The position numbers and the translations under genes are program-made. Under the pieces are notes generated by a model. It did not search any database. It was not told where the DNA came from and saw only the letters and a program-made list of their open reading frames with translations. From contig OX597814.1 in NCBI GenBank assembly GCA_951406725.2, positions 177,320,001 through 177,384,000 on the forward strand: a DNA stretch of 64,000 nucleotides, written 5' to 3'. Of this stretch, positions 58,400-64,000 are shown one piece after another. The DNA comes from Octopus vulgaris. Its lineage: Eukaryota. Numbering within the stretch: the stretch's first letter is position 1; each line of letters opens with the position of its first letter.

Positions 58400-59290
58400 A
58401 GGTCTGAGATATTTTGGCGGTGAAGTGAAGTGAAGGGGCGGGGCTCGTCGATTATGTTGCTCTCAGTAGTTGACTAGTACTTTATATTATTGACACGAAA
58501 AGAATGAAAGGCAAAGTCGACCTCGGCAGAATTTGAAATCAAAATGTAAAGACTCAGAAAAAATGTCGGTAATCACTTTGCCCGGCTTGCTCTAACGCTT
58601 CAGCCAGCTCGCCGCTTTTAAGAAGTTTTTTTTCTTTCTGTTATTGAAACTTATCCTGAAATTTTATGAGGAGTGGCTAGTCGATTACATCGACTCTAGT
58701 ACTCAACTGGTACTTATCGAATCCGAAAGATGTAAGACAAAATCGACCTCCACATTTGAACTCAGAACGTAACGCCAGAAGCAATACCTATTTCTGTATT
58801 ACCTACAAGGGGCTAAACACAGAGGTCACAAACAAGGACAGACACACGGATTAAGTCGATTATATCGACCCCAGTGCGTAACCGGTACTTAACTTATCGG
58901 CGAGCTGGCAGAAACGTTAGCAAGCCGGGCGAAATGCGTAGCCGTATTTCGTCTGCCGTTACGTTCTGAGTTCAAATTCCGTCAAGGTCGACTTTGCCTT
59001 TCATCCTTTCGGGGGGTCGATAAATTAAGAACCAGTTACGCACTGGGGTCGATGTAATCGGCTTAATCCGTTTGTCTATCCTTGTTTGTCCTCTCTGTGT
59101 TTAGCCCCTTGTGGGTAGTAATGAAATAGGTACTTAACTTATCGACCCTAAAAGGATGAAAGACAAAGTTGACCTCGGCGGAATTTGAACTCAGAACGTA
59201 CGGCAGACGAAATACCGCTAAGCATTTCGCCCGCCGTGCTAACGTTTCTGCCAGCTCGCCGCGAGCATTTTGTCCGATGCATTAAAGATT
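58400..59290. mobile_element. Nested cluster of SINE family B copies
   Basis: A plus-strand copy (58900-59128) sits inside a minus-strand copy (about 58787-59262) with the 16-bp TSD GGTACTTAACTTATCG at 58884-58899 and 59129-59144. That copy in turn sits within an older minus-strand copy, and another old copy lies at about 58400-58617. Confidence 0.85.
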
Positions 59291-59830
59291 CTACTAGCTT
59301 ATTGCCTTATAATAAATAAATATAATCATACTGGCCCAGGATCATCTTGCGTGTGTTCATAATATTGACGAGAACATTATATTGGAAGTAATCGACTGAA
59401 ATTCCTATTCCAAAACCAGGTTTCAAATCCTGATTGTATAAATTTCACATTATGTAACGAATGTCATAAATAGAAATGCAAGAACATTATATAGGCTTCC
59501 TTTCTCTCTTATTCAAATCGGATGTATTCTGCTTAGCTAAGAAATCAATTATAAAATTACGTTGCGTTATTTTCGGAGAATATTCCGTTATGGATAGTGT
59601 GGTAGCTATTTTGGTCCCGGAGGTTTGTGACTGGCAGTTTAATTTCAATGGGTAATGGAAAGACCGCTTCTTTTCTCTTCATTATCAATGTCAGTGAAGT
59701 AAGCTGTCATAGCAACAAAATTCCACGTCAAGAATCCAAACTTTAGAGAGCTTTTAAGATAATCTAATCTAAAGGGAGGGAATCTTGGAATTACGGCTTC
59801 TTTTACCTTATCGAAATATCTGTTTTGTAC

Positions 59831-59881
<51 letters not shown>

Positions 59882-60312
59882 TGGAGGGAGAAATTTAGCA
59901 GCACGAATATTTCCAGAAATAATTATTGTTATATATTTTATTTGATCATTTTCGCCTGTAAATGATAGAATATTTCATTTTAATAACCTCCATTATTTCT
60001 AGTCTTTGTTAGAGAATCAAATATTTCTTTAGAACAGCGTCAATGACTAGATCATCTCTGTGTTCTATGTCATCTTGACTTAACACATTTCAGAATTTTT
60101 ATTTAACTTCATAGATCCAGTCTCCAGAAACATTTAGTAGCATCAACGAGAATGACCACATCGATATATAGGTAAAACTGGTAATAAATTTACCGTCTAA
60201 AAGAGAGTTACTAGGGTGAGCAGAAATAGTAGCGCTTGCGATTGAAGGCCGTTGTTATGTTGCGATTTTATGTTTCGATATATAATCTTAAAATGTGCAA
60301 TACCCAGACTTA

Positions 60313-61851
60313 TACGAGTGTTATACTGAATGTAATGTAAACGCAGGCATAACTTTTTATTTTATTGCCTGACATAGGAATTTCAAATTCTATATGTTGG
60401 TAGGTCAACTCTTCCACTATATATATATATATATGTACTACTGCGACATAATTTCTATCAAAAGCAATGCATTTGTATTATTGTGGACCAAACTTTCGAA
60501 TTCGCTTTGAAAATACTCAGGTATGCACTGCTGTACCCACTTATCCGTAGCCATTTTCACCTTCTCTATGTCATGAAATCTTTGTCCTTGGAAACTGCCC
60601 ATTGTTTGATCAAGCGAGTAGAAGTTGGTGGACGCTGGATCAATGATATACGGTGTATGGGGAGGGTGCACTGGCAGGTCCAGTTTGCCAATTGTCTGAT
60701 ATGTAGCCAAAGACGTGTGATGTCATGCATTGTCAGAGTCACTGTTGATAGCTTCTAGATTCTTTTTTGGTTCTTGTTAATGGATTCGTTAATCATTTTG
60801 AGTGTCTCAATGTACTGCTTGCTGGTTACAGCACTATAGCGTTCTAGAAGATCAAGTAGAATGACTACCTTGTCATCGTACTCACACCAAAAAATACAAT
60901 TACTATGACTTTCTGTGGAGGTGCAATTGGCCAGTGGTTAGGGCAGCGGACTCGTGGTCGGAGGATCGCGGTTTCGATTCCCAGATCGGGCGTTGTGAGT
61001 GATTATTGAGCGAAAACACCTAAAGCTCCACGGGGCTCCCGCAGGAGGTGGTGGCGACCCCTGTTGTACTCTTTCGCCCCAACTTCCTCTCACTCTCTTT
61101 TCCCGTTTCTTGAGTAACGCTGCGATGGACTGGCGTCCCGTCCAGCTGGGGGGAACACATACACCACAGAAACCGGGAAACCGAGCCCATGAGCCTGGCT
61201 AGGCTTGAAAAGGGCGCATAAATAAATAAATAAAAAAATGACTTTCTGTACTGTGTTTTGGCTCTTGCTATTTTTAGACCTTGCAGAAAAGGTGTGAAAC
61301 CATTCTATGGACTGAGCATTTCGTTCCGGATCATAAAGAAGCGCTCACGTTTTGTGTCATGTCATCAGATTGGAAAAAAATCTCTTCATTGACTGCAAAC
61401 CCTTTCAACAGATCAAAGTAGACTTCCACCATCTCTATCTTTTAAATCGATTGCTAGGTACCGAAGTACCGACTTTCACATACTTGCCAATACTCCAAAT
61501 ATTTCGCCACCTTCTGCAACGTATTGCGACCAGAGCTGTGCACCAAGTTGTGCACCAAACACACAGATCCATCAGTGTATATTGCACTTGTCAAAGTTGT
61601 CATCTATGCAACAGCCTGCAGACTTCTATGGATGTCGGACAGCTATCATTCCCACTTCATAAAAACTCGATAACATTTTGCTGCTTCCCCTCAGAAGCCA
61701 GCATTTGCATGCGATGAAGAGCAGGAAAAATAGTTATGCTGCTGTTGAGAATGAGTTGCTCTACCAATATGCACGAGCTGTTTGAATGACCTGTGTCTGT
61801 TAATAAAAAAAGTAATGCCTACTTTTGTATTAATTTTATATAACCCTCGTA
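60313..61851 (-). mobile_element. Tc1/mariner DNA transposon relic interrupted by a SINE
   Basis: TIRs TACGAGTGTTATA..AGGCATAACTTTTT and (reverse complement) TACGAGGGTTATA..AGGCATTACTTTTT with TA ends. The decayed C-terminal transposase HPPHTPYIIDPASTNFYSL..FQGQRFHDIEKVK resembles HPPYSPDLAPSDF. Confidence 0.8.
60917..61237 (+). mobile_element. tRNA-derived SINE (third family) with 12-bp target-site duplication
   Basis: A-box-like TGGCCAGTGGTTAGG and B-box-like GGTTTCGATTCCC, internal CTGCGATGGACTGGCGTCCCGTCCAG, and a (TAAA)n tail. The TSD ATGACTTTCTGT is at 60905-60916 and 61238-61249. Confidence 0.88.
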
Positions 61852-62244
61852 TCAGCGGTGCCCATTCATTTGATTGTACCGCATCTACTTACGAAACTTG
61901 TCTTTTGCTACATTTAGAACACAATAAATCATTCTGGTTATGGAGAAGAAAATGCCAAGTCAAACTTTAGAGGCTTTGAGCTCGAACATTAGAAGCTGAA
62001 AAACATTTATCTCTATAATCTGTCGAAGTTACCGCCTCCTCCCATTATTACAAGTGATCTAAACTAACCTGAGAATAATACCTTCCGACGTTATTCAACA
62101 TTTTCTTTTAATGTTCTTGTGTTTTAGAAATAGTTTGCTTAAAACCGACACCGAACATCGATAGTTTAGCTTTCTCAGTTAAAATAACGTTCAGAGAGAA
62201 GTAAGGAAGAATGCGATAGAGAGAGGGAGAAAAAGAGAGGGAGA

Positions 62245-62281
<37 letters not shown>

Positions 62282-64000
62282 GGAGAAAGAGAGGAAAAAA
62301 TCCCCGCGGAAATAACGATAAGACTACGAGAACGAAAGTATTGATTAATTTCTATAGCCCATTTCCAATTTACAGATGTAAAATGTCTGACACCATGTTT
62401 TATCTTTGTCAACATCCGTTTGGCATCAGCCTCGGTATTAGGCTGTTTGCAATTTCAGTCGTAACGGCATTCAGGCTAATTCAGCTTGTGTTACACGTAG
62501 CCGTAAACATGGAAGCGAATCTAAAATAAATCATTTATTCGTAACGTTAGCTCAGCCATTTTACTAGACTCGATCTATCTGTTTCTTCAAGAGAAGTTTA
62601 CCACAGAGTTTGCTGAATAAATCAACTGGGAACTTTACACTCACAACGCCGAACAAGTCTGCCAACAGTTAATAAATAATTATAACCAGCAACAAACACA
62701 AAAAGAGAAATGATCATTGTATTTCGTACATGATTTCTAACTTATGCACAGTTTAGAGAAGGGGCCTAATCAAATACATTGTACCAGCTTGACTGAGATA
62801 TATTTTATCGATGACAGACGGATGGGAGGCAAAGATAAATTTGAACTAAGGCAGTGTAAAGAACAAAGTACATATTGTAAGTGTTTCGGCGCTCCTGTTG
62901 TTTCTGCTATCCACTAACCCTTTATAATAATTATTAGTGAGACTCGTGGAAATTCCACAGAACAGAGAAGATTAAGAGAAGCTATTTAAGAAAGAAAGAA
63001 TGATTTGCATTTATATTTGTATCTTGCTAAGTTAATTCACTTTCAGTCACAGTAATATATGATTTTAAAAACTCCCTCTGATAAGCACTTTATACTTCTT
63101 CAACAAACTTTTTAACCATCTAATTCCCCTCTTCATGCGTTTAACATTTCTCTCTTTCTCTTCACCTCTCACTTCCGCTAACCACATGGATGGCGGCATA
63201 ATGCATCGGTTGGCTACCTGTTCTCTCACACACTCTCACATTCCCTCTTCCCCTATCTCTCTCTCTCTCTCTCTCACTCCATCTCCTCCTCTGTAACAAA
63301 CTAAAACGTAAACTGTGAACGAACAGGTAGAAGAATAATATAATAGATTTATTTCAATAAAATACTTTTCCCTATCAATACATCTCCACCTCGCCAAATA
63401 TCACCATCACTATAGTTTTACTTACTGACAATTCAAACGCTATCTACCTCTTTTTTCTTTCTTTCCTTCTTTCTTTCTTTCTTTCTTTTTCTCTGTTTCT
63501 TAATGTAACTGCCTCCTCTCTCTCTCTTTTTATTTAACCTCACTACCAGAACATCAACCTCTGCTAAACATTATATCTTAAACATATCGCTTTCTCTTTA
63601 CTTTTTCCTCCCCACCCTACAGCACGCTGTTAACACTTCTCCCTCCCTCTTTTCTTTCACCATCTTTTTCTCTCACCTATCGCCTCTGCCTTCAACTAAC
63701 TACGTGACACATTTGGCCTTGTTATGCATATTTCTCTACTTCTTTCTCACGTCTTTCTTCTCTACTCACACTCCACCCTCTCTCTCACTTGTGTTCTACC
63801 TCTCACCCACTCCACGTCCCTAACCAACTAAAGTATAACGGGTGAATGAACAAGTAGATTATTATACATTCTTGGGGAAAGGCAATAGAGTGGTCAATCT
63901 CAAGACCGCCAATAAGAAAACAACTCAGGTTATAGGCGAGCAATTTAAGAGTCCTGTTCTGAAGTTGTTCATAAGCGTTTCTGAAGTCATTAGCAAAACT

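Noticed and set aside
60917-60995. tRNA gene
   Set aside because: The tRNA-like head continues into a SINE body with a tail and a 12-bp TSD. The same applies to the heads of SINE families A and B.
57681-64000. Upstream nAChR exons (signal peptide, loops A/D/E)
   Set aside because: No matching reading frame with splice sites was found by eye; they are presumably beyond the window.

Overview
AT-rich, microsatellite-dense animal genomic DNA. The SINE families, (TA)n/(ATT)n load and receptor type point to a coleoid cephalopod, most likely Octopus (inference, not verified). The one well-supported gene is the 3' part of a minus-strand Cys-loop receptor, a nicotinic acetylcholine receptor alpha-type subunit. 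Its four in-window exons (57680-57305, 53765-53682, 41316-41201, 33345-32260) have GT-AG boundaries and phase-compatible junctions, giving 553 aa plus stop; the N-terminal exons were not found and probably lie beyond the window end. It keeps the ACh-site signatures (Cys-loop, WTYDG, YTCCPEPY). However, its M1-M2 linker is the anion-channel type (ESPAK rather than ESGEK), and its M3-M4 loop holds an approximately 210-aa Gly/His-rich insertion. The introns carry several hammerhead-ribozyme motifs of the Penelope-associated minimal type, including one with an intact catalytic core on the pre-mRNA strand (48791-48871). They also contain fold-back elements, nested or inverted SINEs, a young LINE RT fragment and two mariner relics. 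R4/Dong-like LINE ends lie in (TAA)n tracts at 7.5-8.9 kb. Nearly all other ORFs in the track are microsatellite artefacts.
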